Source: a virus (taxonomy: Duplodnaviria > Caudoviricetes). From it: a DNA stretch of 64,000 bases. The position numbers and the translations under genes were made by a program. This document shows, one piece after another, positions 47,004 to 56,092 of the stretch; the first letter of the stretch is position 1; the number at the start of each line of letters is the position of its first letter. The notes under the pieces are model-generated. The model did not search any database and was not told where the DNA came from. It worked only from the letters and a program-made list of their open reading frames with translations. The stretch is taken from the IMG/VR virus record IMGVR_UViG_3300020465_001196. One strand, given 5' to 3'.

Positions 47004-49384
47004 ACAACAATATTAATTACTTTAACACCAGCATCATTACTATCTTCTAATGATTTACCAACTATACACCAAGCCGGTGGATTTGCACTTTCTGGTGCAA
47101 GTGCTGTTGCTGTACCACTTCTTGCATTTGTTACAAGTACGTCACCTTTTTTAACTGTTCCTTCTACTTTACAAGGAACTTTACCACGCAATGCAACTGC
47201 TACACCTTCTGCATCTTTGTTCATTAAGTATGCTGGATTACTTGATACAACCCCTGCTACTCTATGATCAGCTAATACTGTTGTTGTAGTAACTTCGTGT
47301 TCTCCACCAAATACTAAAACTGTACCTGGCTCATAACTTGAATCTGGTTTGTATATCTCTGCCAAGTCAGCATATTGGGCCGCTGTTGCTGTTAGTGTTG
47401 CTATATTGGCTCGTATGTTTGCCATGTCAGTTAAAGTTATAGCACCAGTTTCTGCACCAGTTGCCGCTGTATAACCAAATGTAAATTTGTCTTCTGATTC
47501 ATCCCAAATCATTGCAACGTTATCACCTTTTGGTCCTGATTCATCAGCACTACCACGCCACATAACGATACCAATATCATTAGTATTATTAGTTGGATCA
47601 GAATCCCATTTGTTTAATGAAATTAATTGATCTTCAACTGTCATGTTTTGTACGTCTAATGTTGTTGCTGTTCCTGTAACAGTTAAATCTCCGTTAACAA
47701 TAACTGTTCTTCCTGTTGCTGGAGTAATATTAATATCTGTTGCACCTACTGACGTAATTGCATTTCCATTAACATCTAAATCTCCGCCAAGTTGTGGTGT
47801 TGTGTCATCTACAACTTCTGTAATAACATCTAAACCAGATGTCCAAACAAATGAAGTTGAACTATGATCATATTTTAAAAGTTTTCCATCATCTGTTGCA
47901 CCAACTGTACCAACATCTGTTAATGATGTTAAATTAATATTACTTGCTACTGTGTTTGGATCAACGTCTACCCATGCACTACCATTGTATCTTAAAACTT
48001 TACCTGTTGATGCAGATGTTATTGTTACATCTGAACTATCAGCAATTGTTGGAAAAGCATTAATCCAAGCACTACCATTCCATTTCAAATAATGGCCTGA
48101 TGCTTTTCCTGAAATAGTTGTATCTGCTAATTCATCAACTGTATCAATTAAGTTAGCTCTAAATTCTGTTGCTGAAAAATCAATATCAGTTAAACCAATT
48201 GATGTAATTGTTCCTGATTGTGATTTCATTACAATTTGATAATCAACTACACCATTATTACCCATCGATGATTCATCACCAATTGTAAATGTAAATACGT
48301 TGCTACCATAACCAGATGTTTCACCTTCGTAAATTGTTCCAGGAGATCCAGCACCACCAAACGTAGAAGCATAACCAGATGACAATGCATCTCCTTGTAC
48401 TGCTTTTACTACAGCAAATTTATTTGCTGAAAGACTTGGATTTACTGTACCAATATCAACTGTAAATGTTATTTGTACTTTTGAACTAGAATTTACTCCA
48501 GTTAAATTTTTAGTTGCTACTACACCATTTGCGGCGTATGTTGTTGCTAATGAATTAATTGTTTTTGATGCAACTTTTGTAATTGAATAATTTGCTACTG
48601 CAACTGCTGGTGCTCTCCATATAAATGAAGTTGATGAATGATCATATACTAATGATTTGTTATCATCACTTGCTGAAACTGTTGCTACATTTGATAATGC
48701 TGTTAAACTTGCCGCGGCAATACGTGCATCTGCTCTTGCATTTGTAAAGTAAAGATTACTTGAACCTTCTGTTAACGTATCTGTATTTGAGTGTCCAGGA
48801 TCTCCTGGTACCCAAGCACTACCACTCCATTTTAAAGTTTTATTTGTTGCTAAACCTGTTGTGTCTACATCTGATAATGTATTAATACTTGCCGCCGCTA
48901 TTCTGGCATCAGCTCTTGCATTTGTATAATATAAGTTTGAACCTTCTGATAAATCTGCTGTTGATTTTGCACTAAAGCCTGCATTTACTCTTGCATCTGC
49001 TCTTGTATCTGTAAAATATAAATTTGTTTGTTCTGGAACATCTGCTGTTGATACTTGGTTAGCACCTGTACCAAAATCAATGTGTGTATCGTTTACTGAA
49101 TCTGCCGCTAAACTAATTGTACCTGAAATTGTACCTGTTGTTGTTATGTTTTTATTGCCTAGATCCCATCCACTTGTTTTATAAACAAAACTTGCAACGT
49201 TAGATCCACCTGATTCAATAACTATTCCTGATCCACTTGCGTCAAGATTTCCGCCTTTGTTTAAAACAATTCTGTTATCTTTAATATCTGTATCTGTTGA
49301 TGTCGTTGATATCTGTGATCCGGATACTTTTAAATTACCCGTTACAACTAAATCATCTGCTTTAATTACTGCTTGATCGGCCAT
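47000..49384 (-). CDS. Tail fibre/spike protein with internal repeats and a C-terminal chaperone/peptidase-like domain
   Basis: Three NLYFTxxRADAR repeats, L..L.DV and W.GSAW repeats, and a C-terminal ADLAE.Y..D..YEPGTV..GVVS.NPAYLMN..VAL.G.VPCKV. Confidence 0.75.
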   Translation of the reverse strand: MADQAVIKADDLVVTGNLKVSGSQISTTSTDTDIKDNRIVLNKGGNLDASGSGIVIESGGSNVASFVYKTSGWDLGNKNITTTGTISGTISLAADSVNDTHIDFGTGANQVSTADVPEQTNLYFTDTRADARVNAGFSAKSTADLSEGSNLYYTNARADARIAAASINTLSDVDTTGLATNKTLKWSGSAWVPGDPGHSNTDTLTEGSSNLYFTNARADARIAAASLTALSNVATVSASDDNKSLVYDHSSTSFIWRAPAVAVANYSITKVASKTINSLATTYAANGVVATKNLTGVNSSSKVQITFTVDIGTVNPSLSANKFAVVKAVQGDALSSGYASTFGGAGSPGTIYEGETSGYGSNVFTFTIGDESSMGNNGVVDYQIVMKSQSGTITSIGLTDIDFSATEFRANLIDTVDELADTTISGKASGHYLKWNGSAWINAFPTIADSSDVTITSASTGKVLRYNGSAWVDVDPNTVASNINLTSLTDVGTVGATDDGKLLKYDHSSTSFVWTSGLDVITEVVDDTTPQLGGDLDVNGNAITSVGATDINITPATGRTVIVNGDLTVTGTATTLDVQNMTVEDQLISLNKWDSDPTNNTNDIGIVMWRGSADESGPKGDNVAMIWDESEDKFTFGYTAATGAETGAITLTDMANIRANIATLTATAAQYADLAEIYKPDSSYEPGTVLVFGGEHEVTTTTVLADHRVAGVVSSNPAYLMNKDAEGVAVALRGKVPCKVEGTVKKGDVLVTNARSGTATALAPESANPPAWCIVGKSLEDSNDAGVKVINIVV

Positions 49385-49454
49385 TGTATAATCTCTCTTT
49401 TACTATAGTTATTTAGCAGTTTTGGCCAAAATGTATTATATGCTGTTATAAAAG

Positions 49455-49484
49455 AAAAACCCCCGAGTTGCCCCAGGGGTTTTT
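49455..49484 (-). terminator. Intrinsic terminator after the major capsid gene
   Basis: GC-rich stem with a GCAA loop followed by a T-run. There is an A-run on the other side. Confidence 0.85.
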
Positions 49485-49515
49485 AATATTTTTATTAGAC
49501 TTTTGCGTAAATGAC

Positions 49516-50694
49516 TTACACAAATGCCGCGTTAGCAATCGCAATATTTGATAGGTAGTCTGCTGAATTACCAAGTGATGACGCTGTGTTTGTTAACTCA
49601 ACGTAACCGTATCTTGTCATGAAGCTTACTACTGGCTCAAATGTTGACGGATCAACAATAACGCCTGAAGACATAAGTGGGATGTATGGGCAATAGAAAG
49701 CCGCCGCATCTACTTCACCTGCACCTTTGTAACCAATTAAAACTGGTGATGAAGCTGAAAGATATGAGTTAACATATACTCTCATCGCACCGTTTAATGT
49801 ACCTACAAATTTAGTGTTAGTTGGAGCTTCAAACGTACCTTCAGTTGTTCTTGCGAACGCTGAAGTTGTAGCTGATTGTAAAATTGTCAAAGCTTCTGGA
49901 GAAACAACAGCCCAGTTAGCCGCGCCTCTTCTAGTTCTTTGAGCAATTAAGTTTGCTTGTTGGTTGATTAATACAGCCAACACCGCGTGTCTGTCACCTA
50001 CATAGTGAGGTGTACCAGTGAATGAACCGTTCATATCGAACGTTGCACCCGCTGTACCAGATAAAGATGTTAAAGAAGCTAAAACTTCTTGGTCGATCTC
50101 AGCCGTAATTTCTTGTGCTAATGCCGCCATTACTTCTGCTTCTACATCTAAACCATGCATTGCTGATGCGTCTTGTGCCGCTTCAAATGTCCAACGTGCA
50201 GATAGCTTTCTTGTTTTAGCTTCTACAGTTTGTTTTAAGATTTGAATTGACATTTTGTTACCAGCTTCACCCTCTAAAGATGAAGTTGATGCACCCGCAA
50301 CTGGTGACGCCGTTGACGCACCTGGGTTTGAAGAGTATGATCTTGCGATTTCAAAAGGTGAAAGTGCTTCAGAACCTGCTGTTACACCGTCTTTTGAATC
50401 TGCGTATCTAACTCTCATAGTGTGAATTTGACCTACTGGACCAGTCATTGGTTGTACACCAACGATTTCGTTAGCGATTACAGTTGGCATCACACGTCTA
50501 ATTATTGGAAGAATTACTTTGTTTAAAGCCGCAACGTTACCGGCACCTGTAGCACCAGTTGTAGCCGCCTCAGCCAAGTAAGTCTTAGTATTCTCAAGAA
50601 CAGTCTCCATTGATTTTGCTCTTTGGCCTGATAGGCCTTCCATCAATGCAGTTTTAGTATCTGTCCATTTTTCTGTGATTACTTTATCAGTCAT
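49516..50694 (-). CDS. gp23: Major capsid protein (gp23-like)
   Basis: IVGVQPMTGP.G, VEAKTRKL.A.WT.E.AQD...HGLD.E.E, EI..EI.QE, and YCPYIPL. Confidence 0.97.
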   Translation of the reverse strand: MTDKVITEKWTDTKTALMEGLSGQRAKSMETVLENTKTYLAEAATTGATGAGNVAALNKVILPIIRRVMPTVIANEIVGVQPMTGPVGQIHTMRVRYADSKDGVTAGSEALSPFEIARSYSSNPGASTASPVAGASTSSLEGEAGNKMSIQILKQTVEAKTRKLSARWTFEAAQDASAMHGLDVEAEVMAALAQEITAEIDQEVLASLTSLSGTAGATFDMNGSFTGTPHYVGDRHAVLAVLINQQANLIAQRTRRGAANWAVVSPEALTILQSATTSAFARTTEGTFEAPTNTKFVGTLNGAMRVYVNSYLSASSPVLIGYKGAGEVDAAAFYCPYIPLMSSGVIVDPSTFEPVVSFMTRYGYVELTNTASSLGNSADYLSNIAIANAAFV

Positions 50695-50695
50695 T

Positions 50696-51799
50696 TTAAT
50701 TAACTCCTAGACCTGCTAGTTTTTTAAGTTCAACAATCTCACCAGATTCTGAACTTGTTTCAGAAGGTGTTTCTCTATTACCAGTTACCTCTGTTACTGA
50801 TTCAGTAACAATTGTTTTAGTTGATTCTGCTGGAGCAGATTCATTTAAAACTGCTGGTAAGTATTTGTTAAACTGCTTTTTTAAATCGCTTGTTTGTACA
50901 GATTCAAGCAATTCATTCATTACTCGACGTTTGTCTTTAGATAAAGATGACGTTAACTCAACTAGAGTTTTTTCACGTACATTTTTATCTTCAGCAATTC
51001 TTAATTTAGTTTGAACTGCTTCGATTTCTGCGTCTTTTTCTTTTAGTTTAGATTCTGCATCAGTAGTGTTCACTGTTACAGCTTCTAATTCTTTTTGAAG
51101 TTTTCTAACCTCTGTACCTTCGGCTAGATGAGAAGACATATACTCGCCTGCGAATGCCTCAAAAACTCTTCTACCAAAATTGTTCTCTTTTGCAACTTTG
51201 ATATCATCTTTAAGTTGTGATAATTCGCTAGTAAGTGATTTTTCAACTGCTTTCTCAACAACACCAGCCGCTTTAGTAACAAAACGTTGTTTAGCGTCAG
51301 AGATAAGTTTTTTACCTTCTGATACTAATTTAACTTTTTGTTCTACAACTGCTTTTTTGTCGTTTTCAAATTCAGTTAACTCTTTTGCTAATTGTTTAAC
51401 AACGAAGTTTTCCAATTTAGCAAAATTGCTTTGCAAATCTTTCTTATCTGCGTGTAGTTCTTTTACTTCTTTAGCTAATTGTTCAGCAACAAAAGTGTCT
51501 ACTAAACCTAAATGTTTATCAACATTAGTTTTGTAAGCAACTCTTTCTGCCGCCAATGCGTCTTTGTCAGCCTTAAATTCTTCCATTTCTGAAACAAGTC
51601 TGTCAGTTAGCATTTTGTCCATAGCTTCAACGATTTGGCCCTTGTCACTTTCGTAACGTTGAGCAAATTCATCGCGAAGTTCAGCTGTGATCTCTTCTCT
51701 GGCTTCGTCTAATTTCGATTTCCAAGTTTCTTGTATTTGATTTTTCAGTTCTTCCGAAATTCCATCTTGTTCAAGAATGCCTGTAAAAATATCTGCCAT
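50696..51799 (-). CDS. gp22: Prohead scaffold protein (gp22-like)
   Basis: Long coiled coil located between the protease and capsid genes. GR.VFEAFA.E and a C-terminal LKKLAGL. Confidence 0.8.
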   Translation of the reverse strand: MADIFTGILEQDGISEELKNQIQETWKSKLDEAREEITAELRDEFAQRYESDKGQIVEAMDKMLTDRLVSEMEEFKADKDALAAERVAYKTNVDKHLGLVDTFVAEQLAKEVKELHADKKDLQSNFAKLENFVVKQLAKELTEFENDKKAVVEQKVKLVSEGKKLISDAKQRFVTKAAGVVEKAVEKSLTSELSQLKDDIKVAKENNFGRRVFEAFAGEYMSSHLAEGTEVRKLQKELEAVTVNTTDAESKLKEKDAEIEAVQTKLRIAEDKNVREKTLVELTSSLSKDKRRVMNELLESVQTSDLKKQFNKYLPAVLNESAPAESTKTIVTESVTEVTGNRETPSETSSESGEIVELKKLAGLGVN

Positions 51800-51810
51800 G
51801 AGTAGTTCTC

Positions 51811-52440
51811 CTATAACTTCAGCTCTTTTATTAATTTCGTCATCTCTTCTTTAAGATAACGTTCAGCCCTACGATCATAAACTGAATCAGCACCAAGACC
51901 ATAAATTCGTCTGCCGCCTCTCATGTTCATAAGACCTTCGTATATTGCTTTCGGATAAGCATCCGGAGCCGATGGCTGAGCTACAATATCTACAGTAACG
52001 ATTTCAAAATCAGCAACTTGTCCTGATTCGTTTACGTTTCCTGTACCTCTTGAGCTTACACCTAATTTCGCTCCACTTTCCAAAAGTGTTTTAACAATGT
52101 TCCCCATTGGGGTTGGTAAAATTTTAAGTTTACCAATTCCATTCGGACCGTCCATCCACATACTTTCAATCATATGTGATACACGATCCAAATTTACTGT
52201 TAATTCTTCAGGATGATCGGCTTCACCAAGAACTGACAAACCACCTTTAAGTCTTTCATCAATTGAGTTTACTGCCTTTTGAATTTCATCTAAAGGATAA
52301 ACTCTTTGATTTTGGTTTTTCACTCCGCCTTGGATAAAAACACCTTTCATGTATAAGTTTTTCTTGTCACCTTCGCCTTCATTAATAATTTGAATGCCGG
52401 CTTGGTCAAAAGTTAAACTTTCTAGTAACGGTTTTACCAT
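51811..52440 (-). CDS. gp21: Prohead protease (gp21-like)
   Basis: G.FIQ..VKN.N.RVYP, GE.DHP, VSH, and GVSSRG.G. Confidence 0.95.
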   Translation of the reverse strand: MVKPLLESLTFDQAGIQIINEGEGDKKNLYMKGVFIQGGVKNQNQRVYPLDEIQKAVNSIDERLKGGLSVLGEADHPEELTVNLDRVSHMIESMWMDGPNGIGKLKILPTPMGNIVKTLLESGAKLGVSSRGTGNVNESGQVADFEIVTVDIVAQPSAPDAYPKAIYEGLMNMRGGRRIYGLGADSVYDRRAERYLKEEMTKLIKELKL

Positions 52441-52480
52441 ATTGACGATCTCCTAATCTCTTTTACTTCTAGTATTCAAC

Positions 52481-53407
52481 CTATGCACTTGCTTTTGGTT
52501 TTGGTGCAGGTGCTAATTTAGCCTTCTCCTGTTTTGGACTGTCTGGATTGTCCTTAACAGCAGGTGCTTTTGAACCTGATTCTTCGCCACCTTGAGCAAT
52601 GTTACCAGCGTCGCCGCCCATATCATTTTTTGATGCAACTGGTGATTTAGTACTATCTGAACCATCTGAATGGCTAACTGCCACTTTTGATAATTCAGTT
52701 GCTTCTTCTAAATCTTCTGCGTCTTTTGAATCTTCTTCAGAGGCTTCAGTAGCAATTTCGTCTGCAACTTCAACTGATTCTTCTGGTGCAATTGCAATTG
52801 GCATTTCTGCTTCTGCATCACCTTCTAAATCATCTGCCGCTTCTTCTGAATCGCCATCTTCGTCACTCATCATTTTTTCAAATTCTGCTTTAAGATCTTC
52901 TAAAGCATCTTCTAAGTCGTCAACTCTGTCTTCTACTTCTTCTTCTGAATCAGCTGGTGCTTCTGCATCGTCAGATGCTTCGTCATCACCTTCTTCATTA
53001 GTTTCTTCATGCTCAATTTCTTCAGCACTAGTATCAGCTTCGTCTTTAACTGTATTAATTAAATCTTCTTCAGAATCACCTGTACCAGCTACTGTTTCTT
53101 CAACTTCAGTTTCAGCATCAGCTTCTTTAGTTTCTTCAACAGCTTCTTCGTCTTTTGCTTCTGTTTCAGTAACTTCTTCGTCTTTTGCTTCTTCTTTAGT
53201 TTCTTCTACAGCTTCTTCTTTTGATTCATCTGTAGCTTCAGTAGTAAGATCTTCTTCAATCTCATCAGTCTGGTTGTCGATTAATTCTTCATGAATTTTT
53301 CTAGCTTTCTCAACAATTACATCATGTAAAAGCTCTTGAGCTTTATCAGATTCATTGTTTACTAGATATTCTAGAACTTGTTCTAGCTTTGATCTCGTTG
53401 TAGACAT
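52481..53407 (-). CDS. Highly acidic prohead core protein
   Basis: Glu/Asp-rich low complexity, directly upstream of gp21 with an AGGAGA SD. Confidence 0.7.
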   Translation of the reverse strand: MSTTRSKLEQVLEYLVNNESDKAQELLHDVIVEKARKIHEELIDNQTDEIEEDLTTEATDESKEEAVEETKEEAKDEEVTETEAKDEEAVEETKEADAETEVEETVAGTGDSEEDLINTVKDEADTSAEEIEHEETNEEGDDEASDDAEAPADSEEEVEDRVDDLEDALEDLKAEFEKMMSDEDGDSEEAADDLEGDAEAEMPIAIAPEESVEVADEIATEASEEDSKDAEDLEEATELSKVAVSHSDGSDSTKSPVASKNDMGGDAGNIAQGGEESGSKAPAVKDNPDSPKQEKAKLAPAPKPKASA

Positions 53408-53563
53408 ATCATATCTCCTAAATCTTATTCACGTGAATATATTTAGACACGTATTTCGTGTCGACTATAACTTATATTTAACATAATTATAGGAAAATAT
53501 AGAAAAAGGAGCCTATTTTGAGCCGTTTTTGAGTCCGTTTTTAATTAAAACGCACTTTTTGGC

Positions 53564-53764
53564 TTATTGTACTGGCTGTGCGTACATTGTGGCTACAAAT
53601 TCTTTGTTTTTTTCAATGTCAGCTTTACGCATTTCACGTACTTTACGCAATTTGTTTAAATGCTGTAAAGTTAATTTAGTTTTACGACTATCAGTAATTT
53701 CTGCTTGATGAAACTGATCATCTTCTGGAAAATAGGTTTCTTTAATAATTTCTTTGTAACGCAT
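53564..53764 (-). CDS. Small hypothetical protein
   Basis: Starts MRYKEIIKE. TAAATA-N5-ATG. Confidence 0.7.
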   Translation of the reverse strand: MRYKEIIKETYFPEDDQFHQAEITDSRKTKLTLQHLNKLRKVREMRKADIEKNKEFVATMYAQPVQ

Positions 53765-53766
53765 AA

Positions 53767-53877
53767 TAATATTTACCTTCTCTTACTACAGTCATCACAT
53801 CTGCAATTTTCACAGTTGCAATTTTCACATTTACATTTACAATTTTTGCAAGCCATATTAATATTTACCTTCTCTTA
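53767..53877. repeat. Perfect 19-bp direct repeats flanking the Cys-rich mini-gene
   Basis: TAATATTTACCTTCTCTTA at 53767-53785 and 53859-53877. Confidence 0.9.
53773..53856 (-). CDS. 27-aa cysteine-rich peptide (metallothionein-like or RiPP-precursor-like), not in the ORF track
   Basis: Manual translation MACKNCKCKCENCNCENCRCDDCSKRR (9 Cys). TAAATA-N5-ATG. Confidence 0.7.
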   Translation of the reverse strand: MACKNCKCKCENCNCENCRCDDCSKRR

Positions 53878-54251
53878 AGACTTTTTCTTGCTCTACCACG
53901 TAATTTCTTTAATGACGTATTCATTTTTTTAGTACGTATAGAAGCTGGACTATACTTTTTAGTATATGACGATTTAGCACCTTGTATACTACCTTTAGCT
54001 CTACGTGTACCTTTCATTCTGTTACTTTGCTGTACATTTAATGGTGCATTACACGTTTCTGGTTTAGCAACAATACGTCCTTTACGTGGGCCTGATGGAC
54101 AACGAAACTTTCTAGTTAGTTTTCCTTTTTTAGATCCTGATCCAAATTTACCTGGTGATCTTCCAAATATCTGAAATGCTCCAGTTGGCTTTGCTTCACT
54201 AACTGATTCAAAACAATATAGTTCTGTATTGCTAATTTCGTAAATCTTCAT
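53865..54251 (-). CDS. Small basic protein, paralog of 5777-6067
   Basis: Starts MKIYEI, has RC..G.RKGRIV..P..C.APL, and a K/R-rich tail. Confidence 0.7.
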   Translation of the reverse strand: MKIYEISNTELYCFESVSEAKPTGAFQIFGRSPGKFGSGSKKGKLTRKFRCPSGPRKGRIVAKPETCNAPLNVQQSNRMKGTRRAKGSIQGAKSSYTKKYSPASIRTKKMNTSLKKLRGRARKSLKRR

Positions 54252-54299
54252 AATAGTATACCTTCATTATTATTTATAATAATAATGTGTGTGTTAATA

Positions 54300-56021
54300 T
54301 TATGCTTGATCTGTTGGATTTGGTTCACCGCCACCTATTGGTGGAGTTTCTCCAGTTGCCTCTGGTGCATCTACGTCTGCATCTGCGGCTGGTTCTGTCA
54401 TTGGCATTGGTGCCGCACCCACATCACTTAAACCACCTAAGCCACCACCCATATCATCACCTTGTGCTGTTGGTCCTGCCGTTTGAGCATTTTCTTCTGC
54501 CCATAGTTTTTCGTTTTGATAAATTTCTGATTCATCAAGACCAAGATAACGTTTCATTGCAAAACGTTTAGACATAAATGGAATACCTTGTAATTGTGTA
54601 AAGATACTTGTTTGTTGATTATCAATTTCAATCTGTCTGTATTTGCCAAAGTTTTGTGGCTCATTAAATTGTAACTCAAACGATCCTGAATCAATTTCAA
54701 TACCTCTATGTTTTAAGAACATTTTAAATTCTCTATCAATAGTTGGTTGTATCATTGATTGTAAACGTTTGATATATTTTGTAAATCTAAATTCTTGTAT
54801 ATATGCTGTACCTACTCTACCATCAGTAAATGCTGAACCTGGATCTTCTGGTGTTGATGGCAAATAACTTGATGGAATTCTTAAACCTTTCATCAATTTA
54901 TTATTAAAGTATTTTAAATCATCAATTTCACCTAAGTTTTGACCACCTGGTAATGTTTCAACTTTTGATCCTCTACCTTCAGCCGTTTGTGCAAAGAAAT
55001 AATCTTCAATCATTGATAATGGATTATAAGCGGCATCCATTACATTTGCACCGCCACCTGTTTTATTTGGAATACGTTTTTGGTGTATTTCGTTTTTAAC
55101 TCTTTCAATAAATGCCATTGCTTTATTTGTTGGCATATTACCTACGTCAATATAAAATACTCTACGTTCAGGTGCTCTTTGTACTCTGTAAATAATAATT
55201 GCGTCTTCTAATAATTCTTTTTGTTTGTATACTTTAAATATACTTTCTAATACTGATGTACCAAAAGGCCAAAATCTATCCATGCCTTCTGATAATGAAA
55301 TGTGTGCAATATGCGAAGCATCAACTGGTGTTGTTTTTACTTCTTGTGTAAACCTACCACCTGTTGCTGTACTAATTGCTGTTGTTACTCCTTGGTATTT
55401 TGCATCTGTGGCAAAAGGCATACTACCACCTTGGAAAGCAATTGGTGCCGACATTTTATATTGACTCATTGTTGTTAAGTTTAAATTTTGTAAATTTAAA
55501 TCTAAATCTCTAATAAAGTATGCTTCTGGTTTTTTACCTTTACCTTCGTTAACAATAATTTTATCAATTTTACTTTGATCAACCCAAAGTAACTTATATG
55601 TTTCTGGATCTCTTACAAATACTTGATCTCCATACTTAATAGTATTTCTAAATAATTTAAAACATCTTTTGTCCCAATCATTTACATTTGACCATTGTTT
55701 AATTGCTTGGTTTAAAATTTCTGTTTCTGTATCTGTTGGTTTATCTTTATAAAATATTTTAAATGGAGCACCTGTTTTTGGATCTACTTGAGTAGCAAAT
55801 TCTGAAATAGTATCTAATGAAGCATTAATTTCAGTATCTAAATCCATTTGATCATATTGATAATAACGTTCAATACGATTTGGCTGTCCTGCATATACTT
55901 CTGGTAACCATGTGCTATATTTTGAATTCGTAGAACTTCCGCCTGGTGTTCCAGCATTACCAATTACTGACTGTTGCCCTAATTTTGTGCTATATTCTGT
56001 AAAGTGTTTTTTCCAACTCAT
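54300..56021 (-). CDS. gp20: Portal protein (gp20-like)
   Basis: IYRVQRAPERRVFYIDVGNMP, EDYFF, GSKVETLPGGQNLGEIDDLKYF, and E.RF.KY..RLQ. Confidence 0.97.
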   Translation of the reverse strand: MSWKKHFTEYSTKLGQQSVIGNAGTPGGSSTNSKYSTWLPEVYAGQPNRIERYYQYDQMDLDTEINASLDTISEFATQVDPKTGAPFKIFYKDKPTDTETEILNQAIKQWSNVNDWDKRCFKLFRNTIKYGDQVFVRDPETYKLLWVDQSKIDKIIVNEGKGKKPEAYFIRDLDLNLQNLNLTTMSQYKMSAPIAFQGGSMPFATDAKYQGVTTAISTATGGRFTQEVKTTPVDASHIAHISLSEGMDRFWPFGTSVLESIFKVYKQKELLEDAIIIYRVQRAPERRVFYIDVGNMPTNKAMAFIERVKNEIHQKRIPNKTGGGANVMDAAYNPLSMIEDYFFAQTAEGRGSKVETLPGGQNLGEIDDLKYFNNKLMKGLRIPSSYLPSTPEDPGSAFTDGRVGTAYIQEFRFTKYIKRLQSMIQPTIDREFKMFLKHRGIEIDSGSFELQFNEPQNFGKYRQIEIDNQQTSIFTQLQGIPFMSKRFAMKRYLGLDESEIYQNEKLWAEENAQTAGPTAQGDDMGGGLGGLSDVGAAPMPMTEPAADADVDAPEATGETPPIGGGEPNPTDQA

Positions 56022-56092
56022 TGTTTGTACGTACCTTTATAAGAGTATTTATTAAAATTATATAGTATTTTAATAAAATAAGCAACCATTAA

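Noticed and set aside
52599-53294. 231-aa + strand Ser-rich ORF, plus similar antisense ORFs (e.g. 498-779, 2499-2780, 21538-21957, 36670-37104, 51180-51536, 56778-57173)
   Set aside because: These are antisense shadows of well-supported genes. Their low-complexity composition mirrors the sense codons, and they have no SD or promoter.
53505-53565. Short GAG(T)CC-TTTT repeats upstream of the acidic core gene
   Set aside because: There are only two to three degenerate copies and a weak stem. They cannot be distinguished from a poor terminator or chance.
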